Assembly: GCF_009914755.1 (NCBI RefSeq)
Contig: NC_060947.1
Length of the DNA: 64,000 nt
DNA from: the human T2T-CHM13v2.0 reference genome, Homo sapiens
Reading direction: 5' to 3' (one strand)
Positions 16,777-30,890 of the stretch are shown here, one piece after another; the first letter of the stretch is position 1; each line of letters opens with the position of its first letter. A program made the translations under genes and the position numbers. The notes beneath the pieces were generated by a model. It saw only the letters and a program-made list of their open reading frames with translations, made no database searches and was not told where the DNA came from.

Positions 16777-17691
16777 CTGAAAAATATTTAAAACACATAA
16801 TTTATTTTCCCTTGAACATATAAATTCTCTACTAGTAAATTATGTACAAGGTTCTTTCATATTTTGGTAGCTTTATTACATTACCTGATAACAAATTTAA
16901 GTATATAACAGGTGTAAATAGTCCTACTACTAATAACTAACAAAAATAATGCTTTCCATGTGCAAGGCATTGTTATAAGTACTTTATACAGATCAAGTAA
17001 CATTTCTTTCTTAAGCCAAGCTATTTCCCATTCATTCAGGTGTGCAATCTGAGGGTTGTCTTAGAATTTTCCTTTTTCTTAATTCACTATATCCAATATG
17101 TCATCAAGTCGATTCTTTTTTTAATCTCTCTCAGACTTACTTCTTTGGAATTCTCACAACTACCACCCTTTTCCAGGCCCTCATTATCTTACACCTGGTC
17201 TATAATCTCACCATTCTAAGATGTCATTCATTATTAAGAAACCTACTGCTTTCATGTTAAAAAACACTACATTAAATGTATATATTGATTGTTCAATAAC
17301 TGTAATAATGATGACAGCTAACACTTGTACTAGTGCTTGCTATATGCCAGGCACTGATTTAAATGTCTTACATGTATTAACCCATTTAATCTTCTTAACA
17401 ACCCTACTACATAAGAACCATGCTTATATGTGAAAAAATGCTTCTTAGAGTCAAGAAAATACAGTATGACAACCACTGGAATTCTTACTTCTGACTCCTC
17501 TTCACTGCAAATGATCCTGCAAATCAGTGGCAGATTAACCTTCCGTTTACAACTCATGACTGCCCTGTTGTAACACCTACTAACTTTCAGATTATGTCCA
17601 AATTTCTATGCCTGGCATTCAAGGTTCTTTTTTGTAAATTTTTTTAAATTATTATTATTTTTACATTTGTATATAGTTATATTTGTGGTCA

Positions 17692-19016
17692 ATTTTTTTT
17701 ATTATATTTTAAGTTCTAGGGTACTTGTGTACAACGTGCAGGTTACATATGTATACATGTGCCATGTTGGTGTGCTGCACCCATTAACTCGTCATTTACA
17801 TTAGGTATATCTCCTAATGCAATCCCTCCCCCCCCCTCCACACCATGACAGGCCCTAGTGTGTGATGTTCCCCACCCTGTGTCCAAGTGTTCTCATTGTT
17901 CAATTCCCACCTACGACTGAGAACATGCGGTGTTTGGTTTTCTGTCCTTGCGACAGTTTGCTCAGAATGATGGTTTCCAGCTTCATCCATGTCCCTACAA
18001 AGGACATGAACTCATCCTTTTTTATGGCTGCAGAGTATTCCATGGAATATATGTGCCACATTTTCTTAATCCAGTCTATCATTGTTGGGCATTTGGGTTG
18101 GTTCCAAGTCTTTGCTATTGTGAATAGTGCTGCAATAAACATATGTGTACATGTGTCTTTATAGCAGCATGATTTATAATCCTTTGGGTATATACCCAGT
18201 AATGGGATGGCTGGGTCAAATGGTATTTCTAGTTCTAGAACCTCGAGGAATCGCCACACTGTCTTCCACAACGGTTGAACTAGTTTACAGTCCCACCAAC
18301 AGTGTAAAAGTGTTCCTATTTCTCCACATCCTCTCCAGCACCTGTTGTTTCCTGACTTTTTAATGATCGCCATTCTAACTGGTGTGAGATGGTATCTCAT
18401 TGTGGCTTTGATTTGCATTTCTCTGATGGCTAGTGATGATGAGCATTTTTTCATGTGTCTGTTTTGAGAAGTGTCTGTTCATCTGCTTTGCCCACTATTT
18501 GATGGGGTTGTTTGATTTTTGCTTGTAAATTTGTCTGAGTTCTTTGTAGATTCTGGATATTAGCCCTCTGTCAGGTGGGTAGATTGTAAAAATTTTCTCC
18601 CATTCTGTAGGTAGCCTGTTCACTCTGACGGTAGTTTTTTTGGCTGTGCAGAAGCTCTTTAATTAGATCCCATTTGTCAATTTTGGCTTTCGTTGCCATT
18701 GCTTTTGGTGTTTTAGTCATGAAGTCCTTGCCCATGCCTATGTCCTGAAAGGTACTGCCTAGGTTTTCTTCTAGGGTTTTTACAGTTTTAGGTCTAACAT
18801 TTAAGTCTTTAGTCCATCTTGAATTAATTTTTGTATAAGGTGTAAGGAAGAGATCCAGTTTCAGCTTTCTACATATGGCTAGCTAGTTTTCCCAGCACCA
18901 TTTATTAAATAGGGAATCCTTTCCCCATTTCTTGTTTTTGTCAGGTTTGTCAAAGATCAGATGGTTGTCGATGTGTGGTATTATTTCTGAGGGCTCTGTT
19001 CTGTTCCATTGGTCTA
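17692..19016 (-). mobile_element. 5'-truncated L1PA (L1PA4-6-like), ~1.3 kb, sense to LRCH2
   Basis: ORF 17900-18454 is the ORF2p C-terminal cysteine-rich region; L1PA 3'UTR. Confidence 0.96.
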
Positions 19017-19051
19017 TTTAATGGTCCCCTTTACATACGCAGCATTATCTT

Positions 19052-19135
19052 CCATAACCCTTGGAAAAATAGATAACCAACCTGATATCTCAACCACAAC
19101 CCTTGGAAAAATAGATAACCAACCTGATATCTCAG
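19052..19135. repeat. 42-bp tandem duplication (2 copies)
   Basis: CCA(T/C)AACCCTTGGAAAAATAGATAACCAACCTGATATCTCA(A/G) twice. Confidence 0.95.
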
Positions 19136-19489
19136 CCAAAAACTGGGAAGTGAGCTATATTAGGGATAATAAATACAAAACGTATTCTTCCTCCACTGTC
19201 TCTCCTATGGCAACTATCACTAATCTAGCAGCATGTTCTTTCCAGGTGATCTCACACAGAATCTCAATATGCCTTCAACCCAGTGTGCCAGAGAGCCACT
19301 GAATGAAATTGGCACGTGTGAAAAAATCCTATTTATCAGGCAAGACAATCACTGAAGTCACTTATTTTTGGTTTTAATCTATGTCAATGAAACAGTGATA
19401 CTTGAGTGAATATGCTAATATTTACTAAGTGGTTACTCTGTGGCAAGTGTAATTCTAAGTACTTTTATTATTAAATAATTTAATAGTTA

Positions 19490-20076
19490 TGAGCAGACCA
19501 GATTCTGCTTGCTCAAACGCCTTACTCCACTTCCTTGGCAACCACATCCAACAAACCCGATATGGCTGGGATTGAGAAATTTGGTAAGTCAAAATTGAAG
19601 AAGACAAAAAACACAAGAAAAAAATCCACTGCCTTCCAAAGAAATGACCAAACAGGAGAAGCAAGCAGACAAATCATAATGAGGTATACATCATGAAAAC
19701 GAACTGTACATTGCACAAGCATTGCCTTCATATTTTACTTCTTTTGGCTGATTGACTTTGCAAGATGCAAAGAGGTTGGATCAAGTTTAAACGACTGTGC
19801 TGCTCCTCTCACATCAAAGAATCAAGAGCTACTGAAAATGAAGACCGCTCTTGCCTCTCCGATCTGCCTGGCTGGCAGATAAGGAAAAGAATTTGAATGT
19901 TGGTGAAGGAAGAAGCAGGGTGGAATGACAGTGAAAGCTAGAGTAAAACCAAGCTGGCCCAAGGTGTCCTGCAAGCTATAAAATTCAGTTTAATCAGAGT
20001 ATCAGTTTTTTTGTTCCAGTGATTTTATTTATCGGGATACACAATTTTTTAAATGTGCAAATACAAAGTTTCAAAA
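19490..20076 (+). pseudogene. Thymosin beta-4 (TMSB4X) processed pseudogene
   Basis: Intronless 5'UTR-CDS-3'UTR match (…KPDMAGIEKFGKSKLKKT…NPLPSKE…QEKQA). ATG changed to ACA at 19544-19546, +1 frameshift in the A-run near 19606, TAA at 19677-19679, polyA signal decayed to AATACA. Confidence 0.93.
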
Positions 20077-20084
20077 TGTGCAGA

Positions 20085-21689
20085 AAAAGTTTGTGGCAAC
20101 CCTGTATCAAGCAAGTCTATTGGTGTCATTTTTCCAATAGCACGTACTCACTTCATGTCCGTCAAATTTTGAGAATTCTCACAATATTTCAAACTTTTTC
20201 ATTATTATCATGTCTGTTATGGTGATCTGTGATATTGATCTTTGATGTTACTATTGTAATTTTTGAGGGGTGACTCAAACGACGCCCATATAAGAAAGCG
20301 AACTTAATCGATCAATGTTGCATGTGTTCTGACTGCTCCACTAACCAGTTGTTCCCTATCTCCTATTCCCTGACACACAATAATATTGTAATTAGGCCAA
20401 CTAATAATCCCACAATGGCCTCTTTAAGTGTTCAAGTGAAAAGAAATAGTATGTCTTTCCCTTTAAATAAAAAGCTTGAAATGATTAAGCTTAGTGAGGA
20501 AGACATGTAGAAAGCAGAGATAGGGTGAAGCTAGGCCTCTTGCTCCAATTAACCAAGCTGTGAATGCAAAATAAGTGTTGAAGAAAAGTAAAAGTGCTAC
20601 TCATTCCAGTGAACACACCAAAAATAAGAAAGTGAAACAGCCTTATTGCTGATATGGACAAAGTTTGAGTGGTCTGGATAGAATAGCAAACCAACCACAA
20701 CATTCCCTTAAGACAAAGCCTAGTCCAGAGCAAGGCCCTCTCTTCAATCCTATGAAGTCAAGGTGAGGAAGCTGCAGAAGAAAAGCTGGAAGCTGTAGAG
20801 GTTGGTTGGTTCATAAGATTGAAGGAAAGAAGCTGACTGCGTAACAAAAGTGCAAGGCGAAGTAGCAAGTGCTGATGTAGAAGCTGAAGCAAGTTATAGA
20901 GAAGATCTAGCTAGCTAAGACAATTGATGAAGGTGACTATGCTAAACAACAAATTTTCTATGTAGACAAAATAGCCTTCTATTGGACTGCTGTAGATAGA
21001 GAGAAGTCAATGCCTGCTTCAAAGCTTCAAAGAACAGGCTGACTCTTGTTAGGGGCTAATGCAGCTGCTGACTCTAAATTGAAGCCAATGTTTATTTAAC
21101 GATTCCAAAACTCCTAGGTCCCTTAAGAATTATGCTAAATCTATTCTGCCTGTGCTTTATAAATAGACCTGCAAAGCCTGGATGACAGCACATCTGTTTA
21201 CAGCATGCTTTACTGAATATGTTAAGCCCACTATCGAGCTCAGAAAAAAAGATTCCTTTCATAATATTACTGCTCATTTACAATGAGTCTAGTCAACCAA
21301 GAGTTCTGATGAAGACGTTCAAAGACATCAATGTTTTCATGCACAACATCCATTCTGCAGTGCATGGATCAAGGAGTAATATCAACTTTCAAGTCTTACT
21401 ATCTAAGTAATAACATATCATAAAGCTATTGGGGCCATAGATAGTGATTCTTCTGATGGGCCTGGGCAAAGCAAATTGAAAACCTCTGCAAATGATTCAT
21501 CATTCTAGATGCCATTAAGAACATTTATAATTCATGAGAGGAGGTCAAAATGTCAACATTAACGAGAGTTTGGAAGAAATTCATTCTGATCGTCATGGAC
21601 GATTTTGAAGGGCTCAAGACATCAGTGGAGGAAATAACTGTAGATGTGGTGGAAACAGCAGGAGAACTAAAAGTAGAGTTTTTATTTCC

Positions 21690-21721
<32 letters not shown>

Positions 21722-22679
21722 GAGACAGGGTCTCACTTTGTCACCTGGCTGGAGTGCAGTGTCGTGATCTTGGCTCACTGCAGCCTTGACCTCCTGGGCT
21801 CTAAGAATCCTCTGGCCTCAGCCACCCCCGACCAAGTAGAGGGGACTACAGGCATGTGCCACCGTGACCAGCTAATTTTTTTGTATTTTTTGTAGAGACG
21901 GGGTTTTGCCATTGGCCCAAGCTGGTCTCAAACTCCTGAGCTCAAGGGATCCACCTACCTCAGCCTCCCAAAGTGCTAGGATTACAGGCATGAGCTGCCA
22001 CGCCTGGCCTAGAAGTAGAGCTTAAAGTTGTGACTCAATTACTGTAATCTCATGATAAAACTTTAACAAATAAGGAGTTGCTTTTAATGGATGTGCAAAA
22101 AAGGTAGGGATTTTTAAGGTAGAATTTACTCCTGGTGAAGAAGCTGTGAACACTGTTGAAATGACAACAAATGATTTACAATGTGACATACCCTTATTTG
22201 ATAAAGCAGTGGCAGGGTTTTAGAGGATTGACTCCAATTCTGAAAGAAGTTCTACCGTACGTAAAATGCTATCTAACAGCATCGCATGCTACAGAGAAAT
22301 CTGTTGTGAAAGGAAAGTCCATTGATGTGGCAAACTAGAAATTGCCATATTCACCCAATTTTCAGCAACCACCATCAACATCTACACAAGACCCCCCACC
22401 AGTAAAAAGATTATGACTCACTGAAGGCTCAGATAATTGTGAGTAATTTTTAGCAATAAAGTATTTTTAATTAAGGTATATCATTTTTTCATACATAATA
22501 CTATTACACACTTAGATTATAGAACAATGTAAACATAACTTTTATGCACTGGGAAACCAAAAAATATTCATGTGACTTGCTTTATTGATATATATTCATG
22601 TGACTTGCTTTATTGAATAGATATTTGCTTTAATGGCATTGTCTGGAATCAAACCCACAATATCTCTTAAGTATGCCTG
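20085..22679 (+). mobile_element. Tigger1 DNA transposon, near full length, decayed transposase, left TIR absent
   Basis: GTTTGTGGCAACCCTG start; ATGATTAAGCTTAGTGAGGAAG (MIKLSEE); right end GTATGCCTG + TA. Confidence 0.92.
21679..22009 (-). mobile_element. AluJ inserted in Tigger1
   Basis: Reverse Alu; TSD ~AAGTAGAG. Confidence 0.93.
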
Positions 22680-22827
22680 TACTGTTACACTCATTTATAA
22701 AGTTTTAAAAAACAAACTTAATTAAGGTTACATGACTTGACAAAGTCACATAGTTAATAGGTATCCAAGTAAGGACTGGAACACAAGTGGTTTGATTCTA
22801 TAAGCCCAGGCACTGTGCCATAAAATC

Positions 22828-23152
22828 ATCTCTTGATATCTGCAAGGGATTGGTTCCAAGACCCCTACCCCCGCCTCACCCATGCCAAAATTCACAGATA
22901 TTCAAGTCCCTTCCCTTACATAAAATGGCACAGTATTTGCATATAAGCTACTCACATCTTCCTGTATAGTTTAAATCATCTCCAGATTACTTATAATACT
23001 GAATACAATGTAAATGATATCTAAACAGTTGTTACACTATATTTTTTATTTGTATTATTTTTACCTTTTTTTTTTGCCTTTTTTCCCCACATATTTTCAA
23101 TCAAGGTTGGCTGAATGCATGTGGAACCTGCAGATACAGAGGGACAACTATA
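22828..23152. mobile_element. MER2-like TcMar-Tigger MITE
   Basis: GGGATTGGTTCCAAGACCCC…GCAGATACAGAGGGACAACT. Confidence 0.75.
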
Positions 23153-23499
23153 CTCCCATTTCTAAACACTAATTAATAGGAATTTGCCAGAGATAAAAGG
23201 GCTAATGGGCATTCTCAGAAGAAGAAAAGCAAAAAGAACTAAGAAAGCACAGCCTGTGTAGAAAACAAAGAGCAGTTTAATGAGGCTAGTGAGGAAAGTG
23301 AATTTTGGCAGGTAATGAAATATAGAAAAGGAAAGAAGGAATGGTCCACGAAGATTTTAACAAATCCAAACTTTATCTTATTGGTAATGGGAAGCCAGTA
23401 AGAAGTTTTTTGGATGATTTACAGTTTTACAGATTTAAGAGAAAATTTACAGATTTACAGTTTTATTTAAGGGCATTTTCTCACATTGTCTGATAATTA

Positions 23500-23716
23500 T
23501 TTTTTATTGATACATAATTGTACATATTTATCAGGTACTTGTGATATTGTGATACATGCATACAATGTGTAATCATCAAATCAGGGTAATCACCTCAAAG
23601 ACATTTATCATTTCTTTGTGCTGGGAACATTATCAATCTTTTCTTCTAGCTATTTTAAAATATATAATAAATTATTATTAACTATAGTCAACCTATGGTG
23701 CTACTGAACACTAGAA
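23500..23716 (-). mobile_element. L1MA 3'UTR fragment
   Basis: TTTATTGATACATAATTGTACATATTTAT…CTTCTAGCTATTTT. Confidence 0.8.
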
Positions 23717-24303
23717 TAAAGAAATTTAAAGCCAGAGAATTATCCAACGGCTGAGAAAGGAGGACCATTAATCAGTTATCACAATTGCCTGGGCAAGAAA
23801 GTATGAGGGTTCCAAAAAGGGCAAGGGCAATAGAGATAGACATGAATTGCAGAAACGATGCATATATTAGGGCTGATAACCAATTAGGTGATGGGAATGA
23901 GGGCATCCAAACAATTAGAAACACAGATTTAGGGAACAGAAAAAAAGTTATAGGATGTAAATTTAGACACAGCAGAATATAAGAAACATCTAGAGTCATT
24001 AACACTCCAGAGAGAGCTTTTTAGAGTAATAAAATGAGGATCAGACCCTAAGAGCAAGCAGAAGAAAAGTTAGAGAAGGACATCAAAATGATAACAGGGA
24101 AGAAAAATGAGATAGAAACCAAGACAGGAGTATCAAGAAGGAAGATGTGGTCATCATTGTCAAATGCTACACTGGATTTTGCCATTAGTAGGTGCATGTT
24201 AAAATCTAGCGAGGGGCTATTTCAATGGAGAAATGGAAGCGAACGCCAGATTGCAGTGGGTTAAGGAATGATCAGAAACTGGAGAACTAGAAATAGAAAG
24301 TTT

Positions 24304-25151
<848 letters not shown>

Positions 25152-25613
25152 GAGGTTTGAGCATATTTATAAGGTGAAAGGTAAAGAGGCAGGAAAGACA
25201 TAGAAGAATAAGAGGATAACTGAAATGCAAAGAAATACAAGATGATATACTTAAGAACTTAGAAAATGGGAAATGTATTACTGTTACTCAACTATAATTC
25301 TAATTTAAAATACTCATTATACATGAAAACTTAGAAAGATGCTAAGTTTGCATTACTGCACATATTTAAATGTCTTGAAACTCCAAACCTAATATATACA
25401 TAGATTTGAAAATACTCTCTAATTCCAAGTTTTTACTAATTCAACTCGGCTATCCCCAACTAGTATTAATCTGAATTCTGAATTACTGAAGTTTTATTAC
25501 ATCTAAATTCAAATGTTACAATAAAGGCCTAGTTTAAAAACCAGAAAAACAGAAAGGTCAGTCCATCTCAGAAGCTTTTATGTACATATACATATACATA
25601 TACATATTTTTTG

Positions 25614-25704
25614 AGGCTAGTCAAGTGAAGCAGCAGGAGTGGAAAATAAACAAATGTGTAATTGTGAGCAATTCGTTGTAAACACCATTGAATTCGGACT
25701 AGCC
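25614..25704 (-). pseudogene. Y3 RNA (RNY3) retropseudogene
   Basis: Reverse complement GGCTAGTCCGAA…GGTGTTTACAAC…CTGCTTCACTTGACTAGCC matches hY3; TSD TCAGAAGCTT at 25568-25577 and 25705-25714. Confidence 0.92.
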
Positions 25705-26080
25705 TCAGAAGCTTGTAATAATTTCAAAAGAGAGACAATAACTTGTGCATAAACTCTGACTCAGAATAAATCAGGTTATTTTACAATCCCAGTGGCTTCT
25801 TTACTCCCATATAAAACGAACAATGATCATAGAAAATGTGTCAAAATATTTTCCAGGGGGTTAACCTTTAAATAAAAATAGTGTACTATATTTATGAAAT
25901 CAATATGTATTTTATGAGTTATTATGTTTTATCATAATAGTAATGAGATACATTTGAAGACATATATGCCACTTAAATAAATCAAATAATATTTAAAACT
26001 AACTGGCTACAGATACTCTAATACTTTTTAACTGTTTTGTCTAGAAATCAATTATTAAATGCATTTAGAAATTCACCTGT

Positions 26081-26217
26081 GGCCGGGCACGGTGGCTCAT
26101 GCCTGTAATCTCAACACTTTGGGAGGCCTGGGCAGGCAGATCACGAGGTCAGGAGTTTGAGACCAGCCTAGACAATATGGTGAAACACGGTCTCTACTAA
26201 AAATACAAAAATTAGCC
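26081..26217 (+). mobile_element. AluS left monomer only, abutting an L1 5'UTR
   Basis: Ends at AAAATACAAAAATTAGCC; right arm missing. Confidence 0.92.
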
Positions 26218-27531
26218 AGCTACCCACAGTAGCCAGCAGTGCAGGGAGAGAAAGCCTGTATACTTGGGGGAGGGAGAGCACAGGGACTGGGGGGCTTTAC
26301 ATTGAACTTAGTGCTGCCCTGCCACAGAGGGGAACAAAGTTGTGCTGTGCTCAACAAGCACCCAGGCATGGCGGGAGCATTTGGATCAGCCCTAACCAGA
26401 TGGGAATCGCTCATGCCAGCAGCTTGAACTTAAGTTTCTCAGTAACCTCACCAATCGCAGGCCAAAGTACTCTGGGGTTCTAGGTAAACTTGAAAGGCAG
26501 TCTAGGGCACAAGGATTGCAATTTCTAGGCAACTCCTAGTGCTGTGCTAAGCTTAGAACCAGTGTACTAGGGTGGCATGTGACTTAGGGAGACACCAGCA
26601 GGGGTGGCTAAGGGAGTGCTTGCACCACTCCTCCCCCAACCCCAGACAGTGCAGCTCGCAGCAATGAGAAAGAGACCCCTTCCTTTCACTTGAGGACAGG
26701 ACAGGGAAGACTGAGGAGGACTTTGTCTTACCTCTTGGATACCAGCTCAGCCACAGTAGGATGGGGCACTGGCCAGAGTTGTGAGACCCCCATTCCAGGC
26801 CCCAGCTCCTGGATGACATTACTAGACATATACCCCTGGGCAAAAAGGGAACCCACTGCCTTGAAGGGAAGGACCCAGTCCTGCCAGGAGTCATCACCAG
26901 CTGATGAAAGAGCCCTTGGGCCCTGAATAACCAGCAGAAATACCCAGGTAGTATGCTGTGGACCTTGGGAGAGACTGAGATGTGCTGGCGTCCGGTAAGA
27001 CTTAGCACAAAACCAGATGTCGTGGCTACATGGAGAGTCTCCTGTTTGAGAAAAGCAGAGGGAAAAACAAAGGGGAATTTGGCACCTTAGGAACCCACTC
27101 AGACACAGTGAGGTAAGCAACAAGCAGTCTCTTGGAGTTCAGGAATCTAGGCCTCGGCTCTTGGGCAGCATTTCTGGACCTGCCCCAAGCCAGAATTCAG
27201 GGTGAGTCCCAGGACTGGCAGCATTCACCACAAGCTGATTGAAGAGCCCTTGGGCTTTAACAGAACATGAGCAGCGGGCTAGCAGAACCTCCCATGGGCC
27301 AGTGGTGGTGGTGGCCACTGAGAGAGGTTCCTCTACCTGTGGAAAGGGGAAAGAAGAGTGGCAAGGACTTTGTATTGTGGTGTGAGTGCCATCTTGGCCG
27401 CAGTAGAATAAAACATCAATAATAACACTAAATGTAAATGAACTAAACTATTAAAATAAAAAGACATAGAATGGCTGAATAGATGAAAAAATAAGACACA
27501 ATGACCTGCTACCTACAAGAAACACACTTGA

Positions 27532-27821
27532 GGCCAGGCGTGGTAGCTCATGCCTGTAATTCCAGCACTTTGGGAGGCCGAGAGGGGTGGATCACGAGGT
27601 CAGGAGATCGAGACCATCCTGGCTAACACGGTGAAACCCCGTCTCTACTAAAAATACAAAAAAAAAAAATTAGCCAGGCATAGTGGCGGGTGCCTGTAGT
27701 CCCAGCTACTCTGGAGGCTGAGGCGGGAGAATGGCGTGAACCTTGGGGATGGAGCTTGCAGTGAGCCGAGATCACGCCACTGGGTGACAGAGCAAGACTC
27801 TGTCTCAAAAAAAAAAAAAGA
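27532..27821 (+). mobile_element. AluY-type element
   Basis: GAGATCGAGACCATCCTGGCTAACACGG and GAATGGCGTGAACC diagnostics. Confidence 0.93.
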
Positions 27822-28511
<690 letters not shown>

Positions 28512-29397
28512 TTACGAAGATACACATAGACTGAGAATAAAGGGATGAAGAAAGATATTCCATGCCAATGGAAACCAAAAAAGAGCAGGTGTAGCTATAC
28601 TTATATCAGACAAAATGGATTTCAAGATAAAAATGAACAAGAGACAAAGAAGGTCATTATATAATGAAAAAGGGGTAAACTTAGTCAGAGGATATAGTGA
28701 TTTGTAAGTATATATGCACCCAATACTGGGGCACTCAGATATATAAAGCAAATATTATTGGAGCTCAAGAGAGATAGATCTCAATACAGTAATAGCTGGA
28801 GACTTCAACACCCCACTTTCAGCACTGGACAGATCTCCCAGACAGAAAATCATCAAAGAACAATTGGACTTAATCTGCACTATAGACCAAATGGACCCAA
28901 CAGATATTTACTGAACATTTCATCCAGTGGCTACAGAATATATGTTCTTCTCCTCAGCACATGGATCATTCTCAAGGATAGACCATATGTTAGGTCACAA
29001 AATAAGTCTTAAAACAGTCAAACAACAAAGAAGTTGCTGAGATAACATGAAGCAACTTCTCTGACCACAATGAAATAAAACCAGAAATCAATAAGAAGAA
29101 GAATTTTTAAAACTATACAAACAAATGGAAATTAAACAATATGCTCCTGAATGACCAGTGGGTCAATGAAGAAATTAAGAAGGAAATCGAAAAATTTCTT
29201 GAAACAAATGATAATACAAATACAACATAGCAAAACCTATGGGATACAGCAAAAACAGTATTAACAGGAAAATTTCCAGCTATAAGTGCTTACATCAAAA
29301 GAGAAGAAAAACCTCAAACAAATAACATAATGATTCATCTTAAAGAACCAGAAAAGGAAGAGCAAACCAAATCCAAAGTTAGTATAAGAAAAGAAAC

Positions 29398-29705
29398 AGC
29401 CCAGGTGTCATGGCTCACACCTGTAATCCCAACACTTTGGGAGCGTGAGGTGGGCAGATCGCTTGAGCCAAGGAGCTCAAGACCAGCCTGGGCAACATGG
29501 CAAAACCCCATCTCTACAAAAAATACAAAAATTAGCTGGGTGTGGTGGTGCCTGTAGTCCCAGCTACTTGGAAGGCTGAAAGGTGAAAGGATGGCTTGAC
29601 CCTGGGAGGTCAAGGCTGCAGTGAGCCATGACACCACTGCACCTCAGCCTGGGAGAAAGAGTGAGACTCTGGTTTAAACAAACAAACAAACAAACAAAAA
29701 CAAAA
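29398..29705 (+). mobile_element. AluJ in L1
   Basis: GCTTGAGCC / GGTCAAGGCTGCAGTGAGC diagnostics; (CAAA)n tail. Confidence 0.93.
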
Positions 29706-30532
29706 GAAATAATAAAGATCAGAGCAGAAATAAATAAATTTGAAATGAAGAAAAATAAAAAAGATCAATGAAACAAAAATATGGTTTACTGAGAAGATAA
29801 ACAAAATTGACAAACCTTTAGTCAGATTAAGATAAAAAGGGGAGAAGACCCAAATAAAATCAGAGATGAAAAAGGAGACATTACAACTGATACCACAGAA
29901 ATTCGAAGGGCCACTACTAGCTACTATGAACAACTATGTGCCGATAAATTGGAAACTCTAGAGGAGATGGACAAATTCCTAGACACATAAAACCTACCAA
30001 AATTGGATCATGAAGAAATCCAAAATGTGAACAGGCCAATAACAAGTAATGAGATCAAATCTGTAATAAATAGTCTCCCAGGAAAGAAATGCCTGGGACC
30101 TGAGGGCTTCACTGCTGAATTCTACCAAAAACTTAAAGAAAACCTAATACCAATCCTACTCAAAGTATTCAAAAAATTGAAGAGGAGGGAATACTGGCAA
30201 ACTGATTCTACAAGGCCAGTATTAGCCTAATACTAAAACCAGACAAAGACACATCCAAAATAGAAAACTACAGGCCAAAATCTCGGATAAATATGGATGC
30301 AAAAATCTTCAATAGAATACTAGCAAACCGAATTCAACAATATATTTAAAAGGTCATTCATCATGACCAAGTGGGATTTATTCCAGGGATGCAAGCATGG
30401 TTCAACATATGCAAATCAATTGTTGTGATACATCATAACAACAGAATAAAGGACAAAAATCATATGACCATTCCAATTGATGCCGGACAAGCATTTGCTA
30501 AAATCCAACATTCCTTCATGATAAAAACCCTC

Positions 30533-30890
30533 TGATATGGTTTGCTTGTGTCCCCACCAAAACCTCATCTTGAATTGTAACTCACACGATTCACAAGTGT
30601 CATGGGAGATACCAGTGGGAGGTAACTAAATCATGGGGGCAGGTTTTTCCCGTGTTGTTCTCATGATAGTGAATAAGTCTCATGAGACCTGATGATTTGA
30701 AAAACAGGAGTTTCCCTGCACAAGCTCTCTTCTCTTGTCTGCCACCATGTAAGACGTGCCTTTCACCTTCCACCATGATTGTGAGGCCTCCTCAGCCATG
30801 TGGAACTGTCAGTCCAATAAACCTCTTTCTTTTGTAAATTGACCAGTCTCAGGTATGTCTTTATCAGCAGCATAAAAATAGACTAATACA
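30533..30890 (+). mobile_element. THE1 (MaLR) solo LTR in L1 ORF2
   Basis: TGATATGGTTTG…GACTAATACA; 5-bp TSD CCCTC/CTCTC. Confidence 0.93.

Noticed and set aside
19009-19302. 97-aa ORF with internal repeat; repeat considered as a CRISPR-like array
   Set aside because: Only two adjacent 42-bp copies with no unique spacers, in a mammalian intron.
20490-22330. Tigger1 transposase as a domesticated gene
   Set aside because: Many stops and frameshifts plus an Alu insertion.
22564-22616. 25-bp direct repeat
   Set aside because: Local duplication within the Tigger1 3' end.
26553-27123. 151- and 131-aa ORFs in a GC-richer stretch as a possible gene or promoter
   Set aside because: Old L1 5'UTR; CpG-depleted, no coding signature.
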